Shown: positions 32,929-44,017, counted from the first letter of the stretch. The stretch is DNA of 64,000 nt from an uncultured Gemmatimonadales bacterium (GCA_963695555.1 CAVOGR010000001.1:1-64000), one strand, 5' to 3'. Program-made: numbers and translations. The notes: generated by a model not told the origin, from the letters alone.

Positions 32929-33849
32929 GTGCCCACCATCGCCTGCATTGGCGGCACCACGCTCGACCGGCGGGCCCGCGCCCACAGCCCGCTGATCACG
33001 GGCACGTCCAATCCCGCGACGGTCACTACCAAGCCCGGCGGGGTCGCACGGAACGTGGCCGACTGGCTCAGCCAGCTCGGTGTGGACGTGGCGCTCTACT
33101 CGGCGCTGGGCGATGACCGCGCGGGCTACGACCTCCTGCGGCAGCTCGCGACCAACGGGGTCGATGTGTCCGGCGTGCGACGCTCGGCCGATCTTCCCAC
33201 GGCGACGTACACCGCAGCCCTGGAGCCGGATGGCGAGCTCGCGCTCGGGCTTGCGGACATGGAGATCTTCGAGCGGCTGGACGCGGACTGGTGTGACTCG
33301 ATTGCACCGGCGATCGAGCAATGCCCCCTCTGGTTGGTGGATGCCAACCTGCCTCGGGCCACGCTCGACTACCTGCTCAACACCTACGGCGACAACGCCA
33401 CCATCGTGGCCGATCCGGTGTCGGTGGCCAAGGCCGAACGGTTGCGGCCCTACTTGGATGCGGTGGACGTGGTGTTCCCCGACCGGAAAGAAGCCGCGAT
33501 CCTGAGCGGTCTCCTGACCGAAACGCCCGAACAGGTCGCGGCCGCCGCGGCCCAGATCTGGGACCTCGGCCCCGGCATGGTCATCGTATCGCTCGGCGCC
33601 GACGGCATCTATCTGGAGGACGGCACCCGACACGAGGCGATCCCCTCGATTCCGGCCAACCAGGTGAGCGATGTAACCGGTGCGGGCGACGCCCTCGTCG
33701 CCGGATATCTCTACGGCCTCGCGACCGACCACGGCGACCCCGTCCGGTGCGGCCTGGCCGCGGCCAGCCTGGCGCTCGAGGTGAATGCCGGACAGGCCGA
33801 CGGGATGACGGTGGATGCGCTGATGGAAAGAGTGAGGAGTGAGGAGTGA
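32929..33849 (+). CDS. psuK: PfkB sugar kinase, probable pseudouridine kinase
   Basis: GGVARNVA, DVTGAGDA; adjacent to psuG. Confidence 0.75.
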   Translation: MPTIACIGGTTLDRRARAHSPLITGTSNPATVTTKPGGVARNVADWLSQLGVDVALYSALGDDRAGYDLLRQLATNGVDVSGVRRSADLPTATYTAALEPDGELALGLADMEIFERLDADWCDSIAPAIEQCPLWLVDANLPRATLDYLLNTYGDNATIVADPVSVAKAERLRPYLDAVDVVFPDRKEAAILSGLLTETPEQVAAAAAQIWDLGPGMVIVSLGADGIYLEDGTRHEAIPSIPANQVSDVTGAGDALVAGYLYGLATDHGDPVRCGLAAASLALEVNAGQADGMTVDALMERVRSEE

Positions 33850-33986
33850 GGCGGCTGCTAGGAAGTGGGGACGTAGGGGTGTAGGAGGAAGGAAGTCGGG
33901 GACTTAGCAGGTTCGGTGGATTGCCTCCTACGATCCTACATCCTACCCACCTACAAGCCTAGCGCTACCGGCTAGCCGAGCAACAT

Positions 33987-34904
33987 ATGCACCTCTTACA
34001 CATCCGCCCCGAAGTTCGTGACGCGCTGGCCGAGCGTCGCCCGGTCGTGGCGCTCGAATCGACGGTCATCGCGCATGGGTTGCCGAGGCCGCGGAACCTC
34101 GAGACCGCGAGGGCGCTCGAGGCCCAGGTGCGGGAGGAGGGGGCGGTGCCCGCCACCATCGGTATCGTCGACGGGCGGGCGGTGATCGGCTTGTCCGATC
34201 GGGAGCTCGAGACGCTGGCCACGACGGATCATGTGCTCAAGACGAGCACGGCCGACATTGCCGCCGTGGTCGCGTCGAAGGGACTCGGAGCCACCACCGT
34301 GGCGGGCACGGCATATCTCGCCGCCAGAGCCGGGATCAGGGTCATGGCCACGGGCGGCATCGGTGGGGTCCACCGTGGCGGCGACGAGACCTTTGACATT
34401 TCGGCCGATCTGACCGAGCTCGCCCGGAGCCGGATTGCGGTGGTATCGGCCGGAGCCAAATCGGTACTCGACCTGGCCAGGACCCTCGAGGTGCTGGAGA
34501 CCATAGGCGTGCCGGTCGTGGGATACGGCACCACCGAATTTCCGGCCTTCTATTCGCGGGACAGCGGCCTCACCCTGGTGCACCGGGTGAACACGCCGGC
34601 GGAAGCGGCGCGGCTGGTCGAGGCTCAGTGGGAGCTGGGTCTTTCGTCGGCCATCGTGTTCGCCAACCCGCCGCCGCGCGACGTTGCGATCGATCGCTGG
34701 GAGGTGGAGACCTGGATCGGGCAGGCGCTCGAGGCCGCGGAGACCCACAGCATCACCGGCAAGGCGGTCACCCCGTATTTGTTGGCGGAACTGGTGCTCC
34801 TGAGCCATAGCCGCACACTCGAGACCAACGTGGCGGTGCTCCTTAACAACGCACGTCTCGCCGGTCGGATAGCAAAGGAGTGGGGAGTAGGGAGTAGGGA
34901 GTAG
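33987..34904 (+). CDS. psuG: Pseudouridine-5'-phosphate glycosidase
   Basis: VVALESTVIAHGLP, ATTVAGT, TGGIGGVHRG, DISADL, GKAVTPYLL. Confidence 0.95.
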   Translation: MHLLHIRPEVRDALAERRPVVALESTVIAHGLPRPRNLETARALEAQVREEGAVPATIGIVDGRAVIGLSDRELETLATTDHVLKTSTADIAAVVASKGLGATTVAGTAYLAARAGIRVMATGGIGGVHRGGDETFDISADLTELARSRIAVVSAGAKSVLDLARTLEVLETIGVPVVGYGTTEFPAFYSRDSGLTLVHRVNTPAEAARLVEAQWELGLSSAIVFANPPPRDVAIDRWEVETWIGQALEAAETHSITGKAVTPYLLAELVLLSHSRTLETNVAVLLNNARLAGRIAKEWGVGSRE

Positions 34905-34934
34905 GGGGTGAGGAGGACCGGAAAACCACGGAAC

Positions 34935-35053
34935 TGTCATCCCGAGGGAGCGGAGCGCCCGAGGGATCTCATGAACGCGTGCCCCGAGCCTTGTGTGAGT
35001 GAACGAAATTCGGGAAAGCGTTGAGGAGATCCCTCGCTGCGCTCGGGATGACA
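34935..35053 (+). repeat. Palindromic-ended element copy 11
   Basis: Arms as in copy 1; between convergent genes that both end in GSRE. Confidence 0.95.
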
Positions 35054-35074
35054 CCGAGCACAACGTCCGACTCC

Positions 35075-35521
35075 CTACTCCCTACTCCCTGCACTCACGT
35101 ACTCCGCTAGCTCCCGCAGCTCTCGTTTCCACCCGGCCACATTCGCCTCGTAGTGCTTGGTGGTAGTGAAGCCGGTTTCTTCGAGCCGGAGCGTGGTGCC
35201 GCCGTCGTGACGTGGCGCAAGGGTCCACTCGACGCGCGTCGTGATGCCCACGTCGACCGGAATGCCGGGCTCGAGCGACCAGCGCCACGCAAGTCTCCGA
35301 TGTGGCTGGATGATCTCGAACTTGGCTGCGTGGCGGCCGTGTGTGCGCCAGGTCCAGGCGCCGTTGCCCCCGGGCCGGAGGTCGACTTCCGCCTGGTCGG
35401 AAAACCAGTGGCTGAGTTCGATCGGGTCGGTCAGCGCTCGCCATAGGCGCTCGGGTGGGGCCGCGAGGTCCAGCGTTCGCTCGATGGCGGGGATGTGCCG
35501 GGTCTGTGAGCCGCTGATCAT
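35075..35521 (-). CDS. SRPBCC/AHSA1-domain protein
   Basis: APPERLWRALTDP...VDLRPGG...GTTLRLEETGF...GW. Confidence 0.85.
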   Translation of the reverse strand: MISGSQTRHIPAIERTLDLAAPPERLWRALTDPIELSHWFSDQAEVDLRPGGNGAWTWRTHGRHAAKFEIIQPHRRLAWRWSLEPGIPVDVGITTRVEWTLAPRHDGGTTLRLEETGFTTTKHYEANVAGWKRELRELAEYVSAGSRE

Positions 35522-35787
35522 GCTGCTCCTCCGTCCAGCCTTCACTTACCAATATACCGAAAAAGCAGCCGGTCGAGCAGTTCCTGGCCTGCCTCCGGCG
35601 TTGTGGCCTCGTGGGCGCACTCTTGTGGCTGGTCCTGCCGCGACGCTTGTCGCTGACCGGCCTTCCGGCCATGTTTCCTCAGCTCATTCCTCGCCAGAAT
35701 ATGCTCCAGGCGTCACCAAACGCGCCCGGATTCGTATGTGATGCTACCCCCTACGTCGAGGCATCACCCAACATTTGGAGGCTTTAC

Positions 35788-37296
35788 ATGAAGACGGTAC
35801 CAGCAGTTGCACTATTTTCGGCTCTTTTGGTCGCGGCAGGTTGCGCGCCTAAGGAGGCAGGGATCGAGGCCGCGTCCTCGGAGGTCATGATGAAGTTGCC
35901 GGTGACCACGGCATCCGACGCGGCACGCCAAGAGTTCTTCGAAGGCACCTTCGCGGCCGATATGGGCCGGGCCAACGACGCCAACACCCACTTCGAAAAG
36001 GCTGTGGCGGCGGATCCAGTCTTTGCCGCGGGCTATCTCCAGGTTGCCGCCACCGCGGCATCGACCGAGAAATTCTCGGCCAACCTGGCCAAAGCGGTTG
36101 AGAACGCGGCCAATGCGTCGCGGGCCGAGCAGTTGATGATCGACGTGATGCAGAAGGGATTCGAGAACAACACCGAGAGCCAGCTGGCCGCGGCGCGGCA
36201 GTTGGTGGAGGTGCAAGGCGACAGTCCCCGGGCCTGGCTCACGCTGGCCGGCGTTCAATCCGGCCTGAACCAGATGGCCGATGCCCGCCAGTCGCTGGCC
36301 AAGGCTATCGAACTGGCCCCGAATTTCGCGGCCGCGCACATGCAGGCCGGCAACAACTACATGTTCCTCGAGCCCAAGGACTTTGCGAAGGCGGAGGAGC
36401 ACTTCCGGAAGGCCATCGAGTTGGCGCCGAACGAGGCCACGCCGTACGACTTGATGGGCGACGTGCATCGGGCGCAGGGTAAGCTCGAGGCCGCGGCTGA
36501 GGATTACACCATGGCTGCCGCGCGGGCGCCGGAGGATGGCTCGCCGCTGCAGCAGCGTGGGCACGTGCATTCCTTCCTCGGGAACTACGACGCGGCTCGC
36601 GCCGATTACACTAGGGCCATGGAGCTCGAGACGGCCAAGGGCAACAACAACGCGCCGTTCTACGCTGTGTTCCGGTCCTATGTGAACATCTATGAGGGTA
36701 AGCCCGAGGCCGCTATCGCCGAGTTGCGCGAGCAGGTCGCGGCGGCGGATGCGATGACCGTCGAGGGCAAGACCGACATCAAGATCAACGCCCTGACCAA
36801 CATCGTGCAGATCTCGCTCCACTCCGGTGACTTCGCGACCGCGCGGCAGGCCATCGACGACTTGGCAGTGCTGCTCCGGCAGCAGGCTGACGTGGTTGGG
36901 AAGGACCAATTCCGTCGGGGCCAGGAAGCCACGATCACCTATTGGGATGGCATGCTGGCGGCACGGCAGGGGAATTTGAAGGGTGCCAAGGCCAAGGCCC
37001 AGGAATTTGCAACCCTGGTGGAGCCGGATCCCAACCCGCGGAAGCTCGAGCCCATGCATCAGATCATGGGCATCGCCGAGTATTTCCAGAACAACTACGC
37101 CGCTGCTGATGAGCACCTGGCGGCAGGAAACCCCAACAACATTTACATGAAATACTATCGGGGCCTGATCCAGGAGAAGATGGGCAACGCCGATGCCGCC
37201 CACGCGATCTTCGACGAGCTCACGACCTACAACTTCAACAACGTCAACTACGCGATGATCCGGAGCGACGTGTTGAAGGCGGCGGGAGAACACTAG
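35788..37296 (+). CDS. TPR lipoprotein
   Basis: GGAGG RBS; AAGC lipobox; repeated KAIELAPN TPR units. Confidence 0.85.
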   Translation: MKTVPAVALFSALLVAAGCAPKEAGIEAASSEVMMKLPVTTASDAARQEFFEGTFAADMGRANDANTHFEKAVAADPVFAAGYLQVAATAASTEKFSANLAKAVENAANASRAEQLMIDVMQKGFENNTESQLAAARQLVEVQGDSPRAWLTLAGVQSGLNQMADARQSLAKAIELAPNFAAAHMQAGNNYMFLEPKDFAKAEEHFRKAIELAPNEATPYDLMGDVHRAQGKLEAAAEDYTMAAARAPEDGSPLQQRGHVHSFLGNYDAARADYTRAMELETAKGNNNAPFYAVFRSYVNIYEGKPEAAIAELREQVAAADAMTVEGKTDIKINALTNIVQISLHSGDFATARQAIDDLAVLLRQQADVVGKDQFRRGQEATITYWDGMLAARQGNLKGAKAKAQEFATLVEPDPNPRKLEPMHQIMGIAEYFQNNYAAADEHLAAGNPNNIYMKYYRGLIQEKMGNADAAHAIFDELTTYNFNNVNYAMIRSDVLKAAGEH

Positions 37297-37398
37297 GGAA
37301 ACGCAGTACGTAGATAACAGGAATGTTGGAAGTAGTCGAACGAGGGCGGAGTCTCCGCCCTCGTTCTTCACATCCTACCTCCCTACCACCTGCTTCTC

Positions 37399-37869
37399 TC
37401 AGCACTCCCCTCGGCGATGCCGCTCGGGCGCGCACTCGAGCCCGCCCGATTCCCAGAGCCCGCGGCGGGCCTCGCGCGCGACCGCCTCGGCGGCGCGGAA
37501 CCGGTCGACGTAGCGCACGTTCGGCGGGACCGTATACAGCACCGCCCAGCCGCGCTCCAGCATGCGCTCGTTCACCAGCACCTGGCCGGCCCAGACGTAG
37601 GCCAGCGTCCGGCCGTAGCGGTCGGTTGGGACAACGTCTTGTTCCAGCCATACCGCGCCCGTGTCCGGCAGCAGCTCGGCCAGGGCGGTCCGCGCCGCGG
37701 TGAAGGTCAGGCCCTGATCCCGCTCCGGTGAGTCGATGCCGATCAGCCGGACCTTGAGGCCGCCGCGGCAGTGGATGGTGTCACCATCGACCACCCGCGC
37801 CACCACGCATTGGCTGCGTGCGACACTTTGCGAGCAGGCCGGGGCCACAATGACGAGAACGAGTGGCAC
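37399..37869 (-). CDS. Thermonuclease (SNase-like); start uncertain
   Basis: RVVDGDT, VRLIGIDSPE, DRYGRTLAYV, AREARRGLW. Confidence 0.9.
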   Translation of the reverse strand: MPLVLVIVAPACSQSVARSQCVVARVVDGDTIHCRGGLKVRLIGIDSPERDQGLTFTAARTALAELLPDTGAVWLEQDVVPTDRYGRTLAYVWAGQVLVNERMLERGWAVLYTVPPNVRYVDRFRAAEAVAREARRGLWESGGLECAPERHRRGEC

Positions 37870-38022
37870 CCAGAAGAGGGAGTAGGGAGTAGGGAGTGGG
37901 GACTGGGTCTTGCTCGAACTCCACCGATGAAATCGCATGCGCCCGCGCCTCTCTTTGGTGACCCCTGCGCACCTCACTTCTTATTCCTTACGCTCTTGTT
38001 CTCACTCCCTACTCCCTACTCC

Positions 38023-39639
38023 CTACTCCCTACTCCCTACTCCCTGTAGCACCCTTCCGTCGATCGCTCCGGCCGGCCGCACGCCCAGCAGCGCTGCGAG
38101 AGTCGGTGCGATGTCCACGGTTCGCACCCGCTGCGCGTGCCGGCCCGGCGCGATGCCGGGGCCGGCGAAGAGGAGCGGCACGTGGGTGTCGTGCGGGTGC
38201 GGGCTGCCGTGCGAGGTCCCGTTGGGACTATTGGTAATCAGGATGTCCTCCCGGGGCACGATCATCACGTCTGCGGAGCGGCCGAGGTAGTAGCTACGGC
38301 GATAGGCATCGAAGTACGGGCGGGTGCTATCGGGTCCCGCGACGAGTTCGTCCGACGTGTAGGCCTCGAGCACCGCGGGCGACTGTCGGAGTGCCATGGC
38401 CATCATGCGCCGCGCGTCAACCTGGTTCTGCTCTCCGGTACCGGGTGGAAATTCCATCACCACTCCGCCGGACATGGTGATCGCGGGAGCGGTGGTGTCG
38501 GCCGCGAGGGCCTGCATCACGAGGGTGTCCAGCGCGCGCCGCGAGGCCCGTGCCGCGCGGAAGCCGCGGCGGGCCGATTCTTCCGGCATCGTCATTACCC
38601 CGTGGTCGGCCGTGAGGGTCACGGCGTAGTTGGCCCGGCCGACCGTCTGATCCAGGAAGACGAACAGCGAGTCGAGCTGGAGGTCGAGCCGGAGATAGAA
38701 GTCTTCCACTTCCTGACTGTACGGACCGTAGGCATGGCCGACGTAGTCGGCGGCGGACAGCCCGATGAACAGGATATCGGGCCGCTCGTCGGCCCCCAGT
38801 CGCTCGTTCGTCACGAGCTCCCGCGCGAAGGCCAGGGTGACTTCATCGGCGAAGGGTGAGCGCAAGAAGATCCGGTCGTAGAACCGCTGCCAGCCGCCGT
38901 CTTCTTCGCGGGCTTCGATCAGGTGTGGGAAGGTGGAACTCCCGCTATCGTACTCCGGGGCGAAATCATCCTCCCGTGAGGCGACGTAGGTCGACTCGGC
39001 ATAGAGCCGCTCCCAGTGCCGGCCGTTGTAGGCCGCGGCGGGCTCGGCCGCGTTGAACTGGCTCACCCACTCCGGGTAGTCGGATCGGTAATAGACCGAA
39101 GTGACGAAGTGGCCGGTGGCGGCGTAGTACCAATAGACGCCGTCCGGCCGTTTCCCACCCATCGCGATCGCGGCTCGGTCTTTGATGGCGACGGAAAAGA
39201 CCCGGCTCCGCGGCGAGCGCCGCTTGAGCCAGTCACCCAAGGCGGTGGTCTTCATGTTGGCCGGTGAGCGGCCCGGTGCGTCGGGTATGCCCACGATCGG
39301 CGCCGCAGGATCATCGAACGAGTAGACTGTCCGGTGCGTCGAGCGATCGTACCAGTTGTTCTGCATGATTCCGTTGCGGGAGGGAAAGGCGCCCGTCGAG
39401 ATCGCCGCATGTCCCGGTGCGGTTTCCGTCAACGCGTGGTCCTGGTAGGCGTCGGTGAATACCGCTCCGTCACGAAGGAGCCGTGCCAGTCCGCCAGTGA
39501 AGCGGTCGTCGAAGCGGTCCAGGTAGTCCGGCCGCATCTGGTCGACGGCGATGACCACCACGAGCCGCGGCCCCTCGAGCGGCGGCCGGCAGGCGAGGAA
39601 GGAGACCAGCAGAACGGAGAGACAGCGTGCACGAATCAT
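38023..39639 (-). CDS. Alkaline phosphatase superfamily protein (PafA-like)
   Basis: VDQMR, TETAPGHA, KDRAAI, DYVGHAYGP, TADHG, HGSP. Confidence 0.9.
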   Translation of the reverse strand: MIRARCLSVLLVSFLACRPPLEGPRLVVVIAVDQMRPDYLDRFDDRFTGGLARLLRDGAVFTDAYQDHALTETAPGHAAISTGAFPSRNGIMQNNWYDRSTHRTVYSFDDPAAPIVGIPDAPGRSPANMKTTALGDWLKRRSPRSRVFSVAIKDRAAIAMGGKRPDGVYWYYAATGHFVTSVYYRSDYPEWVSQFNAAEPAAAYNGRHWERLYAESTYVASREDDFAPEYDSGSSTFPHLIEAREEDGGWQRFYDRIFLRSPFADEVTLAFARELVTNERLGADERPDILFIGLSAADYVGHAYGPYSQEVEDFYLRLDLQLDSLFVFLDQTVGRANYAVTLTADHGVMTMPEESARRGFRAARASRRALDTLVMQALAADTTAPAITMSGGVVMEFPPGTGEQNQVDARRMMAMALRQSPAVLEAYTSDELVAGPDSTRPYFDAYRRSYYLGRSADVMIVPREDILITNSPNGTSHGSPHPHDTHVPLLFAGPGIAPGRHAQRVRTVDIAPTLAALLGVRPAGAIDGRVLQGVGSRE

Positions 39640-39685
39640 CGATCGTGGCTCAGGGAGTGTGAACAGTGTTAGGAAGTAGCTAACA

Positions 39686-39749
39686 GTAAGTAGTAAGTAG
39701 TAAGTAGTGAGTAGTAAGTAGTGAGTGGTGACTAGTGAGTAGTGAGTAG
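39686..39749 (+). repeat. Heptamer tract (AGTAAGT/AGTGAGT)n
   Basis: About 9 degenerate units. Confidence 0.85.
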
Positions 39750-39815
39750 CTGACCATGGGTAGCTAAACAGTGCCCTACCACCCTACCACCTACCTCCTA
39801 CCTCCTATCTCCAAC

Positions 39816-41153
39816 CTACTCTTGACCCGCCTTTCCCCTCTTCCACACGATCCAAACATAGACCGGTATGCCCGCCAGCAGCAGCAGGAATCCCCAGTAG
39901 ACCGTCTCCTGACCGGAGCCGCCCACGGCCCAGAGGCTGTAGAGGAAGGCCAGCACCGCGACGATCGATGCACCGGTCAGCCGTTGGCCTTCGAAGCGCT
40001 TCTTCTCGCGGATGAAGATGATCAACTGGGCTGCTGCCGCGAACACGAACGGGATCAGGCTGGTGAGCGTCGCGAGCAAAATGATGAAGGTGAAGAGTCC
40101 TACCAGTCCGCGGGTGAAGTTGGTGGCCAGAAGGATGGTGACGAAGATGCTGGAGATGATGAGTGCGGTGTTTGGCGCCCCACTTCGGCCCACCTTGGCA
40201 AACGGCTTGGGAAATAGCCCGTCGCGAGCGGCTGCGAGCGGGATCTGTCCCTGGTTGAGGATCCAGCCATTCAGGGCACCGAAGCAGGACACGGCGGCGC
40301 CGGCAGCCACGAAATAGGCCGCCCAGGGGCCGAGCATGCGCTGGGCCGCGTCGGCGAAGGGGGCGGTGGAGGCGACCAGGTCGGCTGGGGCGATGATGCC
40401 CATGACGGCAGCGGTGGCCAGGATGTAGAGGACCGCCGTGAAGATCGTGCCGAGGATCGTGGCCCTGGGAATGGTGCGCTCCGGATCGATCACGTCGCCG
40501 GCCGGGATGGTGGCCGATTCGAGTCCGAGGAAGGCCCAGAGGGTGAGGGTCGCGGTGGCGGTGATGGCGGCGAAGTTCGACTCGCCGCTCACGTTGAGCG
40601 GCACGAAGTTGCCGGGATGGAAGAACGCGTACCCGACGGTGGCCACGAGAATGAGCGGAATCAGTTTGAGTACGGTCGTTACGACTTGGACCCGGCCCGC
40701 CATCTTGACGCCCATCACGTTGACGATGGTGAGCGTCCAGACCGCGCCACCCGCGACCGCGGCCGCCACACCCGAGCTGTTCGACAGGGCGGGCCAGAAC
40801 ACGCCGGCGTAGCTGACCATGGCCACGGCGATGGCGGCATTGCCGCACATGAGCGAGATCCAATAGCCCCAGGCGATGAGAAAGCCCATGAAGTCGCCGA
40901 AGCCTTGGCGCGAGTAGGTGTATGGGCCACCAGCCCGCGGGATCATGCGCGCCAGCCGCGCAAACACCAGGGCTACCAGAATGGCGCCGGCCGAGGTAAA
41001 CAGCCAGCCGAACATGCTGATGGAGCCGTAAGTGGCGAGCGAGGCCGGCAAGAGGAAGATGCCCGAGCCGATCATGTTGCCGATGACCAGGGCCGTGCAG
41101 GTCCAAATGCCCAGGCTCTTGGTGGTTGGATGGGGTGTCGCTGGGGTGGTCAT
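39816..41153 (-). CDS. APC-family amino acid permease (AdiC/PotE-like)
   Basis: GNMIGSGIFLLP, GGPYTY, LWAFLGLESA; many transmembrane segments. Confidence 0.9.
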   Translation of the reverse strand: MTTPATPHPTTKSLGIWTCTALVIGNMIGSGIFLLPASLATYGSISMFGWLFTSAGAILVALVFARLARMIPRAGGPYTYSRQGFGDFMGFLIAWGYWISLMCGNAAIAVAMVSYAGVFWPALSNSSGVAAAVAGGAVWTLTIVNVMGVKMAGRVQVVTTVLKLIPLILVATVGYAFFHPGNFVPLNVSGESNFAAITATATLTLWAFLGLESATIPAGDVIDPERTIPRATILGTIFTAVLYILATAAVMGIIAPADLVASTAPFADAAQRMLGPWAAYFVAAGAAVSCFGALNGWILNQGQIPLAAARDGLFPKPFAKVGRSGAPNTALIISSIFVTILLATNFTRGLVGLFTFIILLATLTSLIPFVFAAAAQLIIFIREKKRFEGQRLTGASIVAVLAFLYSLWAVGGSGQETVYWGFLLLLAGIPVYVWIVWKRGKAGQE

Positions 41154-41321
41154 GCGGCCTCGGCGGTGTGGCTGGGATGGGGGGCGATGCCATGGAAACG
41201 CACGCATCACAATACCCTGGCCGGGCAGTTGGGGCGAGGCCTGGCCTCCCGCACAATCCCGCCTCACGCCGATCGGCTTTCCTTCTAATCTCACGACCTC
41301 TTCACCTTCCTGAGGCCAACG

Positions 41322-41365
41322 TAGCAGACTAGCAGACTAGCAGACTAGCAGACTAGCGGACTAGC
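41322..41365 (+). repeat. Octamer tract (TAGCAGAC)n
   Basis: Four perfect units plus degenerate ones. Confidence 0.9.
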
Positions 41366-41420
41366 GGGCGGCGGTGAGCACGCCGGCCGCCAGTTGGCGT
41401 ATCTCCAAGAGGGAGGGCGT

Positions 41421-41684
41421 ATGAAACTCAACGTAAAGGCCTTGGCGCTGACCTGCGGGCTCTTCACGGGCGGGACATTGTTTTTCGTGGGCCTGGCCAA
41501 CGTGATGTGGCCGAGCTACGGCGGAGCAGTCCTCAACATGTTCGATTCGATCTACCCGGGCTATAAGGCGGCTCAGGGGTTCGGGTCGGTGATCATGGGG
41601 ACGCTCTACGGATTGGTGGACGGCGCCATCGGCGGGGCGATTTTCGGCCTGCTGTACAATGCCTTCCGTGGATCGGAGGCGTAA
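41421..41684 (+). CDS. Small two-TM membrane protein
   Basis: MKLNVKALAL...SIYPGY...GTLYGLVDGAIGGAIFGLLYN; GGAGG RBS. Confidence 0.75.
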   Translation: MKLNVKALALTCGLFTGGTLFFVGLANVMWPSYGGAVLNMFDSIYPGYKAAQGFGSVIMGTLYGLVDGAIGGAIFGLLYNAFRGSEA

Positions 41685-41699
41685 CGGGGAGTTGGTGCG

Positions 41700-42491
41700 A
41701 TGTTACGGCAGACAGTGGTCCTCGTACTGATGGGTGCCGGTGGAGTCGCCTGTGGCGACTCCACCGGCACCGACGACCAGGTGCAGAATCAAAACTTCGT
41801 GGCAGAGGAAGCGCTCCAGCTCGATCTCGATGCAACCGGGCGCACCACGTTCAGAGTGGAAGGGATCAACGGCAACATCGACGTAGTCGGCGCGGCCGGC
41901 ACCGAGACCTTCACCGTGCGCGGGGAGCGGCAGGTCTGGTCGGAGAGTGTCGCGGACGCCCAGGATTATCTGGACCGGCTCGAGGTGGTGATCACCGAGA
42001 CCGTCGATGAAATTCTCATCCGGACGGTGCAGCCGCAGAACACCGGCGGGCGGAGCCTGGTGGTAAACTACGTGCTCACCGTGCCGGAGCGCCTGGCCGC
42101 GCGGTTGGTGAACGTGAACGGCAACGTGACCGTCCGCCAAGTGCTCGGCTCGGTCACCATCGACGACGTGAACGGCAACATCACGCTGGATGATCTGTCC
42201 GGTCCGGTCGACGTGGTGCTGGTGAACGGTAATATTACCTGCCAGGCCGTGATCGTGGCCACCGGGACGATCGATCTCGAAACGGTAAACGGCAACGTGA
42301 CCCTCGACATTCCCCAGAACACGTCCGCCGAGTTCGCGGCACACCTGGTGAACGGGACGATCACGACGAGCAACCTGGTCTTCCAGAACGTGACGGGCGG
42401 GCCGACCTCTTTGATCGGAACGCTCGGCAACGGCCAGGGCATGATCGATCTCCGGACGGTCAACGGCAATATCCTGGCACGAGGGTTCTGA
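41700..42491 (+). CDS. DUF4097 beta-strand-repeat lipoprotein
   Basis: Repeated VNGN[VI] units; GVAC lipobox. Confidence 0.85.
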   Translation: MLRQTVVLVLMGAGGVACGDSTGTDDQVQNQNFVAEEALQLDLDATGRTTFRVEGINGNIDVVGAAGTETFTVRGERQVWSESVADAQDYLDRLEVVITETVDEILIRTVQPQNTGGRSLVVNYVLTVPERLAARLVNVNGNVTVRQVLGSVTIDDVNGNITLDDLSGPVDVVLVNGNITCQAVIVATGTIDLETVNGNVTLDIPQNTSAEFAAHLVNGTITTSNLVFQNVTGGPTSLIGTLGNGQGMIDLRTVNGNILARGF

Positions 42492-42652
42492 CGCGCCCCG
42501 TGACTCTGGAGAGGGACTGAAGGAACGGGGCCGTTATACCACGCACTGCGAGCTTCTGCTCATCAACTTCCGCCGGCAGTAGCCAGACGCACCCCGAGAC
42601 CGCATCTTCCACCCACTACCCACTACCCACTACCCACTACTGACTGCTCATC

Positions 42653-43738
42653 ATGTCCTACAACATCGGCGTTCTCCCAGGCGACGGCATCGGCCCCGAA
42701 GTCACCCGCGAAGCCCTGAAGGTGCTCGAGGCCGTGGCGGCCATCGAGGGGTTTGCCTATCAACTGGTCGACTATCCCTACAGCGGCACCCATTACCTCA
42801 AGACCAAAGAGCTGGTGCCCGACCATGTGATCGACGAGTGGCGCACCCTCGATGCGGTGCTGCTCGGCGCCATCGGCCATCCGGACGTCGAGACCGGATT
42901 GGTGGAGCGTTCGGTGATCCTGGGCCTCCGCTTCGGCCTGGATCTCTACATCAACCTCCGCCCCATCAAGCTCTACTCGGCGCATCTCTGCCCGCTCAAG
43001 GACAAGGGTCCCGAACACATCGATTTCGTGGTGGTCCGGGAGAACACCGAAGGGGTGTACTCCCAGATCGGCGGGCATCTGAAGAAGGGCACGCCCGATG
43101 AGGTGGCCATCGTGAACGGGGTCTACACCTGGAAAGGGTGTGAGCGGGCCGTGCGCTACGCCTTCGGGTTGGCGGAGAGGCGGGGCGAGGAGCACGGACG
43201 GACCCACCAGCCCAAGGTGACCCTGGTCGACAAGGCCAACGCCATCCGGCCGCAGGACATCTGGACCCGGGCCTTTGCCGACGTGGCCACGGAATATCCC
43301 AAGATCCAGACCGATCACGCCTACGTGGATGCCTGCTGCATGTGGATGGTCAAGAACCCGGAATGGTTCGACGTGATCGTCACCACCAATTTGTTCGGCG
43401 ACATCATCACCGACCTGGGCGCGATGCTCCAGGGCGGCATGGGGATCGCCGCGTCGGGCAACATCCACCCCGGGCAGACCTCGATGTTCGAGCCGATCCA
43501 CGGTTCCGCGCCGAAGTACGCCGGCAAGAACGTCGCCTGCCCGCTGGGCGCCATCTCGGCCGTGGCCATGATGCTCGACTTCCTCGGCGAGCACACCGCG
43601 GCAGGCCGGATCGAAAGCGCGATAGCCGGACTGCTTCAGAGCGGTACCGTGCCTTCGGCCGATGCCAGGAGCGGTATCGCAACCGATGCCATGGGCGACA
43701 TGGTGGTGAAGAGGCTGGGGGGAGCGGCCGCTAGTTGA
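42653..43738 (+). CDS. leuB: 3-isopropylmalate dehydrogenase (beta-decarboxylating family)
   Basis: PGDGIGPEV, VRENTEG, VDKAN, NLFGDIITD, FEPIHGSAP. Confidence 0.8.
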   Translation: MSYNIGVLPGDGIGPEVTREALKVLEAVAAIEGFAYQLVDYPYSGTHYLKTKELVPDHVIDEWRTLDAVLLGAIGHPDVETGLVERSVILGLRFGLDLYINLRPIKLYSAHLCPLKDKGPEHIDFVVVRENTEGVYSQIGGHLKKGTPDEVAIVNGVYTWKGCERAVRYAFGLAERRGEEHGRTHQPKVTLVDKANAIRPQDIWTRAFADVATEYPKIQTDHAYVDACCMWMVKNPEWFDVIVTTNLFGDIITDLGAMLQGGMGIAASGNIHPGQTSMFEPIHGSAPKYAGKNVACPLGAISAVAMMLDFLGEHTAAGRIESAIAGLLQSGTVPSADARSGIATDAMGDMVVKRLGGAAAS

Positions 43739-44017
43739 TAGCCATTGGCGAACGGCTATTGGCTACTGGTCCTTCCAGACTAGGTTCCTTGATAGCGGCT
43801 GCGAGGACTAATTGCCAATAGCTGGAGGCCTTACAGCGATCCTACCCTGCACCTAGCCACTAGCTGCCGGTCTCGTGGTGATCTCGCCCTGACAGCCGAT
43901 AACCCCTTCCCGACCCGCCACATCCCGTTCTTAGCCCCCTCCGAATCCCCGGGCAACGTTTTGCCGTAGGAAGGCGTCTAAGGAGGAGAACTCCGAACTT
44001 TCTCTGACGGAGCCTTC

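Noticed and set aside
35812..37371. Long antisense ORFs (also 48523..50067, 44678..46036 and 19849..21186)
   Set aside because: Shadow frames of well-supported genes in high-GC DNA, with no recognisable motifs.
41421..41684. Prophage inferred from a holin-like membrane protein
   Set aside because: No phage structural, lysis or integrase genes are nearby.
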